Source: Spirogloea muscicola (Eukaryota). Taken from it: a stretch of DNA of 20,000 bases. This document shows positions 1 through 9,397 of this stretch, piece by piece. The stretch covers positions 2,108,427 to 2,128,426 of the forward strand of contig WELB01000002.1 of the NCBI GenBank assembly GCA_009602725.1, given 5' to 3'. The notes below the pieces were generated by a model. That model did no database searches and was not told the DNA's origin. It worked only from the letters and a program-made list of their open reading frames with translations. Both the position numbers and the translations under genes were made by a program. Numbering within the stretch: the stretch's first letter is position 1; each line of letters begins with the position of its first letter.

Positions 1-525
1 TGGAACATGTGCCGGCCGCAGTAACTTTTACCGGCAACCTCCTGGAAGCTCAGCGGAGGTTTAGGCAATGCTTGATGATTGCCCAGCATCGGCAAAAGCA
101 GTATGCTGATCGACATCGTCGTGAAATATCCTTCGACGTTGGTGCTCAAGTGCTCTTAAGCGCACGGCATCTCTCCATGCGGGCTGTAGGCACGCCTAAG
201 TTGCTGCCAACGTGGTTGGACCCTTTCGTGTAGTGTGCGCCTGGTCGGCAAGGTCGCATATGAGCTGGATACTTCGGTACAAGGGAATGTTCACAAAGAT
301 TTCCATGTGTCCCAGCTCGAGCCATTCCATACATATGGTCGTGTCTGACCGCCCCCACCTCCCCGTGTCGTTGAGGATAAGGAAGAGTATGAGTGGAGGA
401 GATCTTGTCTCACTGCGACAATCTCCATTAGCAACGTAAGTCCCGAGAGTATCTTGTCCAGTGGCTAGGCTATGGCCGGAACACAATACGCGGGAACCTT
501 CGGCCAACCTTGCCAGGTGTCCGTC
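1..525 (+). pseudogene. Gypsy integrase C-terminus (GPY/F region) plus chromodomain, decayed
   Basis: ORF 9..233 reads AQHRQKQYADRHRREISFDVGAQVLLS...KLLPTWLDPF. Shifted frames then give VGKVAYEL, FHVSQL, PPPP and EYLVQWLGYG. Collinear with 18218..18703; contains frameshifts and stops. Confidence 0.92.
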
Positions 526-645
526 TGTTCTATGTAAGTATCTTTTACAGGGGCGTGTCACCCCCTAGCGTGGTATTGGACGCACCCGCAGAAGTAACCT
601 CTTCGGTTTATTTCCTCTGTACCGTGTCCTTGTTCCCGAGGACGC

Positions 646-662
646 GAAAAAGTGGGGAGGAA
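646..662 (+). promoter_or_regulatory. Polypurine tract (PPT)
   Basis: GAAAAAGTGGGGAGGAA directly before an LTR, preceded by TTGTTCCCGAGGACG, which also precedes the PPTs near 7563 and 18793. Confidence 0.85.
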
Positions 663-1345
663 TATAACGTCCCCTGTTTTGGAGAACCAACAGTACCGGT
701 AAGTGGCTTCTCGCGCGGCTTCACGCGCGCCACACCCAAATAACGCGCTTCACGCGCCAGTCACGCGCGGCACGCGCCGGTCCCCAGGACTCGTCTACCA
801 TTCGTCAGGCTTGCGCCACGCGAGCCCGCACCTTGCGCGTCACGCGCCAGTCGTATCCCCATTGTGCGGATCCGCTCCTCCGGGGGCCGGACCTCAGGGC
901 TACCCTCGTCACACCCTCGGGGGAGGGGTGGTAGGTGGAGCGCTACAAGTAGTAGGCCGAGGCCAGACTCCTCAGTCGGACCCGTGACGCCCAGAGAGAG
1001 GCACAGCCCTGCTTGCCTGCTGCCGCAGCCGCCGCCCCAGCCCTGCTGCTGCCGTCTGCTGCCAAGCCCGTCGCTGCAGCCCGTCACTGCGGACATCGCC
1101 GGCTCTCCGTAAGTGCCGTGGTTGCGCCCCATCTGGGGACAGCCACTAAACCAGACCCTCCGTAGAGTCGCCGCCTTCTGGCGGTGCCTCAGGGTAAGAC
1201 TTCCGCTGTGCTATGTGATGCACGTGTTTGCGCAGTGTGCGCTGGCGTTCTACTATGTAGGGGGGTAGTTCCTAAACCCCCTAGGTTTGAAGTCAATAAG
1301 GACGTACTAAGCCCCAACTGCGTGTATAGGGATTAGGACGTCACA
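663..1345 (+). mobile_element. 3' LTR (type A) of a chromovirus extending left of the window
   Basis: Starts TATAACGTCCCC (TG changed to TA) right after the PPT and ends GGACGTCACA, an inverted terminal repeat. Internal blocks are shared with 3573-4404 and 13852-14730. Confidence 0.88.
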
Positions 1346-2622
1346 GCAGCGACATCCCAGCGGGGCTCGATCAATAACGCCGCGCTTCTGTGGCACAATG
1401 AGAACATAATTTTTCCAAGCCGACGGCAGGCAGGCCAGCTCAGATGGACACCTGCAGCCCTTTGCAAGTCATGTGGGCAACCTACACAGATAGAGGCCCT
1501 CCGACCTCCAGACCTTGCAACAAAGTAGAAATGGATCGCACAGAAGTATGGACAAGATTGAAGCAGCCAGAAAGCGCTAGAGCACACAGCGACTCAAGTG
1601 GCTAATGGCTGCTCAATATCGAGATAGGACGCTTCCAGGAGAGGCGGTGGCTGTGAGAAGAAGTGGCTCTCTCCCAATGGGGGGCAAGGGCTGTGAAAAG
1701 CCAGCCCGAAAAGAATCGGAAGGGGCCAAATGTCGGAGGGGCCTAAAGACGATTTGATTGCCTGCGGATGAAGCGCGCAATCGGTACTTTGGCTGACGGG
1801 CAAGCAACGCCAGCAAGATCAAACAGCTAAAGTGCATCTGGCTAAATGAGTTTGCTCTTAGAGGCAAGGGTCAGGCACTCACGCTTGCCACTGGAGTTGC
1901 CCTTGTCTCGGCCCATCGGGCGATGTGGACGTGGCCTCGAGGAAGATGGACCTTCCGCCGGGCAGTCCTTGATCTGGTGGCTCTTGCCATAGCAGCCACC
2001 ACCACTTCCACCCGCGGGCCAGCACCTGTCACGCGTGGCTTCTCTAGCCGCCGTGGGAACGAGCATTTGAGCCCTCCTTAGGATTAACCCTCTCCCTGCC
2101 CTGCTCTGCCTTTTGCAGATCTGCCTGCCTCCAGCAGGGGACGCTTGCCACGCCCAATATCCGGCGTGCTAAGCACCTTCCGGACGTGCTCCACCATCTT
2201 GGAGAAATCCGTAGAACACCTTGATAGCAGCGGTCCGAAGCCACCCACGAGCGCATATCGAAAGGCAGCCCAGCCTCAGAGCGCTAGCACTGATCAATCG
2301 CCCTCATAGGCTCGCTGCGCAGCTTGGACAGCAGCAGCCTGGAACGCCGCACGTAGGGCTCGAAGTCGACGCTCCTCTCGCCACGTGCAGCCCCGCATGT
2401 GGATCGCCATAGGCCGACATGAGCTGCTCGGAGAAGAACTCCCATATTGTTGTACTCAACGGGCGTCTTGGACCTCTCAATGGCATCCCACCACTCGCGA
2501 GGCTCCCATGCCGGTCGCGGCGAGCGTCACCCTGGCTGTTGCGTCCGCTTCCGTGGTGTCAAACCATTCAGACATTTCACTCAGCCACGCCTGCAGCCCA
2601 CCCCGATCATCCTGACCGGTGA
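1346..2622 (-). pseudogene. Gypsy gag (capsid region, degenerate Zn knuckle) and gag-PR spacer, decayed
   Basis: Minus strand reads GQDDRGGLQAWLSEMSEWF (about 2617-2560), LSKLRSEPMRAIDQC and GCYGKSHQIKDC. Collinear with 12327-13080 and 6715-7360. Cut on the left by the 663-1345 element. Confidence 0.85.
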
Positions 2623-2688
2623 TGTAGCCTTCCGCCCGTCTGGGCGCATTACCCTCCTACTATCGCGTACATGTGGTATCTGTCGCGC

Positions 2689-3223
2689 TGTAATGAATCA
2701 GCCGTTTTGCAAAGCCACATGGCTCTGTTGGCATTACATGACCGGCTATTTGGGACAAGTGGGCCCGCTGGGTGGCGGGCTGGCTTGCTGGGCAAGTGGC
2801 CCGCCTAGGTGCGGGCCCCGCCCGTCCAGAAATACCCCTCGCTAGGATCCACCCGTTCAAGGGAGGATCTTTGGCCCGCCGCAAGGCGAGCCATGGGGCG
2901 ACACGCTCACACCCCTGGATGGGGGTTGGCAGGCACGAAGAGCCTTGGGCTGAGGCTTGCCAGGAGTTCGAACCGGTGAAGCTTAGGAGCCCTGCCGCTG
3001 CTCGCCGCCGCAGCCGTTGCCGCACTCTGCTGCGGGGCCTGCTGCGCCGGCCTGCGCCCTGGAGGTGGAGTCGCCGCCGGATAGCGGCGCCACAGGGCCT
3101 GTCTTCCGATGCGCCTATGCGCTAGTGCTTTGCCTGTGTAGTGGGTTGGTCCCCAAACCCCCTACAGCCGAACTCAATAAAGATTGCTCACCCTGACTGC
3201 GTGTGTAGGGCGAGGTCCTTACA
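2689..3223 (+). mobile_element. Solo LTR type B2 (535 bp)
   Basis: TGTAATGAATCAGCCG...GGTCCTTACA, highly similar to 16618-17124 and to the reverse complement of 15129-15673. No PBS or PPT adjacent. Flanks CGCGC/GACGC match only 3/5. Confidence 0.85.
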
Positions 3224-3307
3224 GACGCTGTCCATTCCCCTGTATTCTCCCGCTTGCATTGTCTTCTACCGCCAGCGTCGTGCCGCTTGGCGTGACCCCT
3301 TTATTGT

Positions 3308-3429
3308 GGTACCTTCGAGGTCCGCCCGTGGACGTCTCATGTCCTAGGGGTCCCTTGAGATTCGCCCGTGGACGTCACATGTCCACCCTACGGTACCCTC
3401 GAGGTCTTCACGTTGACGTGACATGTTCC
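3308..3429 (+). repeat. Three imperfect ~37-bp direct repeats within the host LTR
   Basis: GGTACCTTCGAGGTCCGCCCGTGGACGTCTCATGTCC-like units start at 3308, 3349 and 3392. Confidence 0.8.
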
Positions 3430-3572
3430 CGCGACCGATCGTCATGAGGCCCGCCCCTGACGGGGTGTGTAACGATCCAGCCGTTTGGTCATGCCACACG
3501 GTGCTGTTAGCGTTACATGACCGATAGCCGCTTGATGGACAAGTGGGCCCGCCCAGGTGCGGGCAACTTCCG

Positions 3573-4404
3573 TGTAACGTCCCCGCCATTACGGGACGCG
3601 AAACTTCGAGTTAAGCGCCGCGCGAGGTGTTGTGCGGTGTGACGCGCCTGCTGACGATGTGACGTGCAGGCGCGCCGCCTCCAGCCGAGGCGGCGAACCT
3701 GGTCTTCCAGAGCAGAACTTCTCGGCATATTCCTGATTCTGCCGTCGTGCCCGCAATGACGTGTATGGGACATGTGTCGCGCGCCTGTGACGCCGCGCGA
3801 CACCCGTGACTCACTGGCGGCGCCGCAAGGCCCCGCCGCAAGGCGGCACCGCAGGGCGCCGCTCGGCGGCGCCGCAGGGCGGCCGCCGCCTCCAGAAGGG
3901 AGCCGCGTGGTCTGCCCTCGCACTAGATTCCCCGTATCGGGCCCGCCTTCCGAAGGTGGGCCCTGAGACGAATCTCCCAGAGACCCCTGGGGAGGGTGGC
4001 ACATGAAGCACTACAAGTAGGGCTGAGAGCGGACTCAGAGGCAACTCGGTCAAATTCAGTGAAGCCCGCGAGAGAGAGGCGCAGCCCTGCTGCCGCCTGC
4101 TGCCGCAGCCCGCCGACGCAGCTCTGCTGCTGCCCGCTGCTGCAGCCCGTCGCCGCAATCCGTTGTCGCGGATCTTAGACGGCTCTCTGTGAGTAAGACT
4201 GTGGCTGCTCCCTCGGGGACAGTCGCTGGCCCGTACCTGAGAGGTGAGTCGCTGCCTGTCTGCAGCGCCTCAGGGCGAGACTTCCGCTGCGTATCACACG
4301 TGGTGCTTTCACTGTGCTGGGGGTTTGTCTCTAAACCCCAGCGACCGAAACCAAGAAGGAAGTACTGACCCCCGACTGTGCTGTTAAGGGTCAGGGCCGT
4401 CACA
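3573..4404 (+). mobile_element. Solo LTR type A (832 bp) nested in the 5' LTR of the 3468-8128 element
   Basis: TGTAACGTCCCC...GCCGTCACA with flanks TTCCG/TCCCG. The empty site is visible in the 3' LTR (GGCAAC-TCCTG-CCTGTCC, about 7671-7688). Confidence 0.92.
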
Positions 4405-4847
4405 TCCCGCCCGTCCTGGACTAACCCTCGCCAAGGGGGGACCTTGGGCGCACCGCAAGGGCAGGCCTTGGAGCGACTCGCTCACACCCCTGGAGGGGGG
4501 GGGTGGCACGGGGGAAGCACTACGAGCCTTGAGCTAAGACCCGACATCACTTCGGACCGGCGAAGCCTAGGAGCAGCCTTGCCGCTGCTCGCCGCCGCAG
4601 CCGCGGCCGCAGCCTGCTGCGGGGCTCGCTGCGGGGAGTCCGTGGCTGCGCCCGTTGAGGGCCAAGTTGCTGGCTCGCGCCCAGGAGGTGGGGTCGCCGC
4701 CGGACGGCGGCGCCACAGGGCCTGTCTTCCGCTGCGCTATGCGCTAGTGCTTTGCCGTGTAGTGGGTTGGTCCCTAAACCCCCTACAGCCGAACTTAACA
4801 AGGACGACTCACCCTAACTGCGTGGCTAGGGGCGGGTTCACTACATT

Positions 4848-4858
4848 TGGTATCAGAG
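4848..4858 (+). promoter_or_regulatory. Primer-binding site, tRNA-iMet
   Basis: TGGTATCAGAG, 2 nt after the LTR end (CTACA, 4845). Confidence 0.95.
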
Positions 4859-5460
4859 GCGGTCTTGCGTCCATCGCGCTTGTGACTTATTGTGCTCGAT
4901 GCTGATGATGCAAATATCACCCTGATGTGCTGGTCTGACCTTTTTCTGTCAAAGATAAAAGTGCTTGCCAGACGTTGGTCCGTGAGGCGGCTCAGCGGAA
5001 GCGCCGGGTGCGGAGCCATCTTTGCGCAGCGAGCCAGCAACGACCAACGCCAGATTGACTGACTGATCCTTGAGGACCACTTGCTGCGTTTGCTTCTTTG
5101 GAGGTGTGGCTTGAGCCTGCAGCCTTTGTCTGGTAAGGTCAGTCGTGTGGCCAGCAGTGATCGTGTGCATCGGTCCTGGTCATATCTGCGGCTGTCTGCC
5201 TGCCTGCTGATTGAGGTGTGGAGTTGCGCGCTGCCTTGCTTGCTCGCTCGCTGGTGCACCAGTCTTGCGATGTCATGTATTGCGGTATGGAGTGTGTGAT
5301 TTGCTGACTGTCGGAGCCTGAATTGATCACTCAGCGTCCTTTAGACAGCATGGCATAGCACACCTCCAGGGCGCGGCCGAGCCCTCCTCGGGAGGCAGAG
5401 CGGTCGGCTGCTGAGGCAGCGGCTGCTGCAGGGCCAGCTGTTGCGGCAGTGGCTGCTGCA

Positions 5461-5590
5461 GAGCACGCCCAAGAGGGGCACGCCCAAGCGGGGCACGCCC
5501 ACGAGGGGCACGGCCATGAGGGGCACGCCCAAGCGGGGCACGCCCAAGCGGGGCACGCCCAAGAGGGGCACACCCAAGAAGGGGCACGTC
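5461..5590 (+). repeat. 15-bp tandem repeat, about 8.5 units (GGGCACGCCCAAG(A/C)G; GHAQ(E/A))
   Basis: Directly visible. A homologous array of about 6.5 units lies on the minus strand at 9682-9780. Confidence 0.95.
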
Positions 5591-5880
5591 AGGCTGGGAG
5601 GCGGAGGCCAAGAGGGCTTGTCGGCTGGGGACCTGCAACGCGTTGTATTCCTCACGCAGGATCTGGCAGCAGCCTACGACAGACCCAGCTCAACACCGGC
5701 TTTTTGCGTGGAGCAGTCGGCTGCTGAGGCAGCGGCTGCTGCAGAGCCAGCTGCTGAGGCAGTGGCTGCTGCGAGGCAAGTCCCTGAGGGGAACGCCGAG
5801 CTCGGAGCCGCGGGCCAAGAGGCTTGTCGGCTTGGGAGGTGCAAAGCATGGCACTCTTCACTGAGCAGCTGGAGGAAGCT

Positions 5881-6712
5881 AAGGCTGGCCTGGACCCGTT
5901 CCTTCGTGCCTACCTCGAGGGGTCGCATGAGGAACAGCGTGCCCACCTCGTCCGGCTGCGGGCCGGAGAGCGGCATGTGCAAGGGGTCGATGCTGCGGTG
6001 CATTTGATGCGCCAGAGCAGCGGCAACCCGTCGCATGGACTTGCGACGGCCCACTAATCTCGGCAGCACTCCTTGGAGGAAGCTGCCAGAGCACTGGCAA
6101 CCCGTCGCATGGACTTGCGAGGGCCCACTAATCTCGGCAACCTCCTTGGAGGCAGCTGCTGTGCTGGATTGATTGATTTAATGCGCCAGAGCAGTGGCAA
6201 CCGGTTGCATGGACTTGCGAGGGCCCACTGATCTCGGCAACACTCCTTGGAGGCAGCTCCCGTGCTGGACCCGTCCTCCCACACCCTACTGAGGACGTTG
6301 TGTGTGGAGGTGCAATCCTTGCACGGCCGCCGGCTTCGTGCCGGCGGAAGGCGTTTGCAAGGGGGTCGGGGCTGAGGTGCATTTGATGCGCCAAAGCCGG
6401 TTGGGGAATTCTTCGCATGGACTTGCCAGGGCCGCCCAATGTCAGCCATAACCGGTCAATCTGACCAGAGTGGGAGGAGATGCAATGAGTTGCATTCCTC
6501 ACGGAGCACCTGGAGACAGCCAAGGCTGTATTGGATCCGACTTCCCACGCCTTATTGGGGGCGCTGTGTGGGGAAGTGCATTGCTTACTCGGCCGGCACG
6601 CTGCTGGCGGGAGGCATTTGCAAGGGATCGCTGCTGAGGTGCTTCTGATGCGTCAGAACCGTGGCAACCCTGCGCATGGACTTGCGAGGGCCCACTAACC
6701 TCAGCAACACTC
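5881..6712 (+). repeat. Imperfect internal tandem amplification (three ~190-bp units plus two ~80-bp subunits)
   Basis: The core GCATGGACTTGC...GGCC occurs five times (about 6033, 6107, 6207, 6415, 6674). The minus-strand homologue (9398-9610) has one copy. Confidence 0.8.
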
Positions 6713-7360
6713 TGGTCAGGACGACCGGGGTGGCCTCCAGGCCTGGCTCAGCGAGATCATAGAGTGCTTCGTGTTGAGCTACCCGGATGCGACGGCAAGA
6801 CTGCCGCTCGCTACCACTTATCTCGAGGGAGATCCCTGTGGTGGGACTCCATGAAGAAGACTTCCACGTCAGAGGTGTGCAACACCTGGAAGTGCTTCTC
6901 GAGCTCGCTCACCAAGGAATGTGGTGAGATTCATGGGGAGCTGAAGGCTCTTAATGAGCTCGATGCTATTCGTATGCGCAGGGACTTTAAGGACCAAGTG
7001 CGGCAATTGAGGCTGCTGGTCTCTAAGCTGCGCAACGAGCCTATGAAGGCTATCGATCAGTGCCAGCGATTTGAGGCTGGGCTGTCCGATCCGATGCGGA
7101 AGTGGGGCGGTGGATTCCGCCACTTCGCAGCCCTTGCCAACTTGCCCCAGCTGGTGGAGCACGCCAGGAAGGTGCTAAACACTTATCCAATTGTGTTGGG
7201 CAAGCGCTCCCTGCTTTAGGCGGGAATATCTGCTGAGGCAGAGAGGGAACCGGAGGAGTTTTGGCCCGAGGGGCTGAACATCCGTCCCATGAGAGGCTTG
7301 GAGAAGCCAGCTATGGAGGGGAATGGTTGCTGTCGCTGCGGCTATGAGAACCACCTCATC

Positions 7361-7470
7361 CAAACCCATGAGTCTGGTGAAGTGGCTCGGGTATGGGCCT
7401 GAGCACACCATGTGGAGCCTGCGGCCAATCTGGCACATTGTCCGCCTGCTCTTTTGGAAAACTTGGCCAA
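7361..7470 (+). pseudogene. C-terminal half of the chromodomain
   Basis: LVKWLGYGPEH...EPAANLAHCP; the DNA matches about 18582-18690. Confidence 0.9.
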
Positions 7471-7562
7471 GGGTGGTGAATCCCTAGGCTTGGTCGAGGC
7501 CGCATCCGTCGGGCGTAAAACCTGTCGGCTGTTCTCTCGTTGTTCCCGAGGACGTGAACACC

Positions 7563-7576
7563 AGAATGGGGAGGTA
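7563..7576 (+). promoter_or_regulatory. Polypurine tract
   Basis: AGAATGGGGAGGTA immediately before the TGTAACG of the 3' LTR. Confidence 0.88.
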
Positions 7577-8128
7577 TGTAACGATCCAGCCGTTTGATTA
7601 TGCCACACGGTGCTGTTAGCGTTACATGACTGCTAGCCGCTTGATGGACAAGTGGGCCCGCCCAGGTGCGGGCAACTCCTGCCTGTCCTTGACTATTCCT
7701 CGCCAGGTTCCACCCTGCCAAGGGGGGGACCTTGGGCCCGCCGCAAGGGCAGGCCTTGGGGCGACCCGCTCACACCCCTGGAGGGGGGTGGCATGGGGGA
7801 GCACTACGAGCCTGGAGCTAGGACCCGACATCAATTCGGACCAACGAAGCCCAGGAGCAGCCTTGCCGCTGCTCACCGCCGCAGCCGACGCCGCAGCCTG
7901 CTGCGGGGCTCGCTGCGGGGAGTCCGTGGCTGCGCCCGTCGAGGGCCAGTTGCTGGCTCGCGCCCAGGAGGTGGGGTCGCCGCCGGACGGCGGCGCCACG
8001 GGCCTGTCTTCCGCTGCGCTATGCGCTAGTGCTTTGTCGTGTAGTGGGTTGGTCCCTAAAACCCCCTACAGCCGAACTTAACAAGGACGACTCACCCTAA
8101 CTGCGTGTGTAGGGACGAGTTCACTACA
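7577..8128 (+). mobile_element. 3' LTR type B1 (552 bp)
   Basis: TGTAACGATCCAGCCG...TTCACTACA; direct repeat of 3468-3572 plus 4410-4845. Confidence 0.95.
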
Positions 8129-8352
8129 GGGTGGGCCTTGAAGCGGCTCCCACACGCCCTGGAGGGGGGGGTGGCATTGAAGCATCACAAGTAGTCGGCT
8201 GAGACCAAACGGGTTGGTTTGATGAGTGAAGCCAGAGAGAGGCAGCCCTGCTTGCCTGCTGCCGCAGCCGCCGCCACAGCGCTGCTGCTGCCGTCTGCTG
8301 CCCAGCCCGTTGCCGCAGCTCGTCGCTTCGGACATCGCCGTCTCTCCGTAAG

Positions 8353-9187
8353 TGTGACGTTCTGATCCCTGTACAGGCAGTCAGGGGTTAGAACGTCCTT
8401 ATTGTTTCGGTAGTTGTGATTTATAGACAATCCCCCAGCACGGTGAATCACCACGTGGACACGCAGCGGAATACCTTGCCCTGAGGCGCGGCCCCAACAA
8501 GCGGCGACTCACCTCTCGGGACGGGCCAGCAACTATCCCCAAAGGGAGCAACCACAGTCTACCTTCAGGAGAGCCGATGAAGATCCGCAGAGACGGGCCA
8601 GCATCTGTCCCGAAGGGAGCAGCCACAGTTCACTCACAGGAGAGCCGATGAAGATCCGCAGAGACGGGTTGCGGCGTCGGGCTGCAGCAGGCAGCAGCAG
8701 GCCTGCGTGGACGAGCTGCGGCAGCAGGCGGCAGCAGGACTGCGCGCCTCCCTTTCGCATGGGGTTCGCTGACTTGGACCGGGTGCCCTGAGGCTGGTCT
8801 CAGCCCTACTTATAGTGCTTCATGTGCCACCCTCCCCAAGGTCTCTGGGAGGCTCGCCTCAAGGCCCACCTTCGAGAAGGCGGGCCCCACAAGGGAGATA
8901 CGATCGTGAGGGCGGCGGCGCCGCCCTCCGCGGCGCGGCGCCGCCAGGCGCGTCACAGCGCCACACGCGTCACAGGCATGTCACTGCGGGCCCGGCGGCC
9001 CGGTTGCCCGGCGGCCATGCCGCCCAGAGGCCTAGCGGCGGCAGCTCCGGCGAGCCGCGGCGCGCCCCGCGTCACTGTCGCGCGTCGCCCACGTGTCGCG
9101 CGCTAACGATACTGGGGCCGCGCGCCATTACTACGCGTCAGCGTTTGACCCAAGGTTAAACGTCACGTAACGGGTGGGGATGTTACA
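8353..9187 (-). mobile_element. Solo LTR type A (835 bp), inverted
   Basis: Reverse complement reads TGTAACATCCCC...GAACGTCACA. Perfect TSD GTAAG (8348-52 / 9188-92). Confidence 0.93.
8521..8668. repeat. ~72-bp tandem duplication inside the LTR
   Basis: ACGGGCCAGCA...CAGGAGAGCCGATGAAGATCCGCAGAG at 8521-8592 and 8593-8663. Confidence 0.88.
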
Positions 9188-9397
9188 GTAAGTACCATGG
9201 CTGCGCCCCATGCGGGATTTGCAATCAAGCCAGACCCTCAGTAGAGTCGCCGCCTCTGGCGGCGCCTCAGGGTAAGACTTCCGCTGTGTGCTGTAGTATT
9301 GCTTCACTAAAGGGGGTTTTCTTCTAAACCCCCATTGACCGAACCCAATCAGGACGTCCTAACCCCTGACTGCGTGTATAGGGCTTAGGACGTTTTA

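Larger units (their letters stand above)
5350..7360 (+). pseudogene. gag with a repetitive N-terminal extension, truncated inside the Zn knuckle
   Basis: ATG 5350 (TAG at codon 3) is in frame with the Ala-rich and GHAQE repeats. GQDDRGGLQAWLSE occurs near 6715. ORF 6764..7219 (WWDSM...TWKCFSSSLTKECG...LRLLVSKL...FEAGL) is retrotransposon-gag-like. CCRCGYENHLI lies at 7328-7360. Confidence 0.82.
3468..8128 (+). mobile_element. Structurally complete non-autonomous LTR element (gag only) with type B1 LTRs
   Basis: Perfect TSD GGGTG (3463-67 / 8129-33). 5' LTR 3468-4845 (interrupted by 3573-4404), PBS at 4848, PPT 7563-76, 3' LTR 7577-8128. No PR, RT, RNase H or IN core inside. Confidence 0.93.
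2623..9397 (+). mobile_element. Old solo LTR (type A variant, about 730 bp reassembled) split into four pieces: 2623-2688, 3224-3467, 8129-8352, 9188-9397
   Basis: Starts TGTAGCC and ends GGACGTTTTA (decayed GGACGTCACA). Flanks are GGTGA (2618-22) and GTTGA (9398-402), a 4/5 match. Removing it rejoins the minus-strand gag collinearly with 6690-6760. Confidence 0.72.

Noticed and set aside
2672..2682. TGGTATCTG as another PBS
   Set aside because: Only a partial match to TGGTATCAGAG, and it lies inside an LTR fragment rather than after an LTR end.
4772..4785. CCCTAAA(CCC) telomere-like motif in LTRs
   Set aside because: It is a single unit per LTR, not tandem, and is explained as one arm or loop of the conserved hairpin.
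3513..4905. Long Arg/Ala/Pro-rich ORFs in LTRs (also 7626-8081, 13944-14522, 15328-15885)
   Set aside because: GC-rich, stop-poor LTR DNA; frames are not conserved between copies and some cross insertion junctions.
5449..5727. His-rich ORF (and RGTPK or CPAWA frames) as a stand-alone metal-binding or histone-like gene
   Set aside because: It lies between PBS and gag core in two element copies, and the 15-bp repeat keeps all frames open trivially.
5990..6712. Regularly recurring ~30-bp core resembling a CRISPR array
   Set aside because: The intervening sequences are homologous to each other and of irregular length, the context is eukaryotic retroelement, and there are no cas genes.
7577..9187. 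DIRS-type element suggested by inverted LTR-like repeats
   Set aside because: The inverted copies are independent solo LTRs with 5-bp TSDs; no tyrosine recombinase is seen and a DDE integrase is present.
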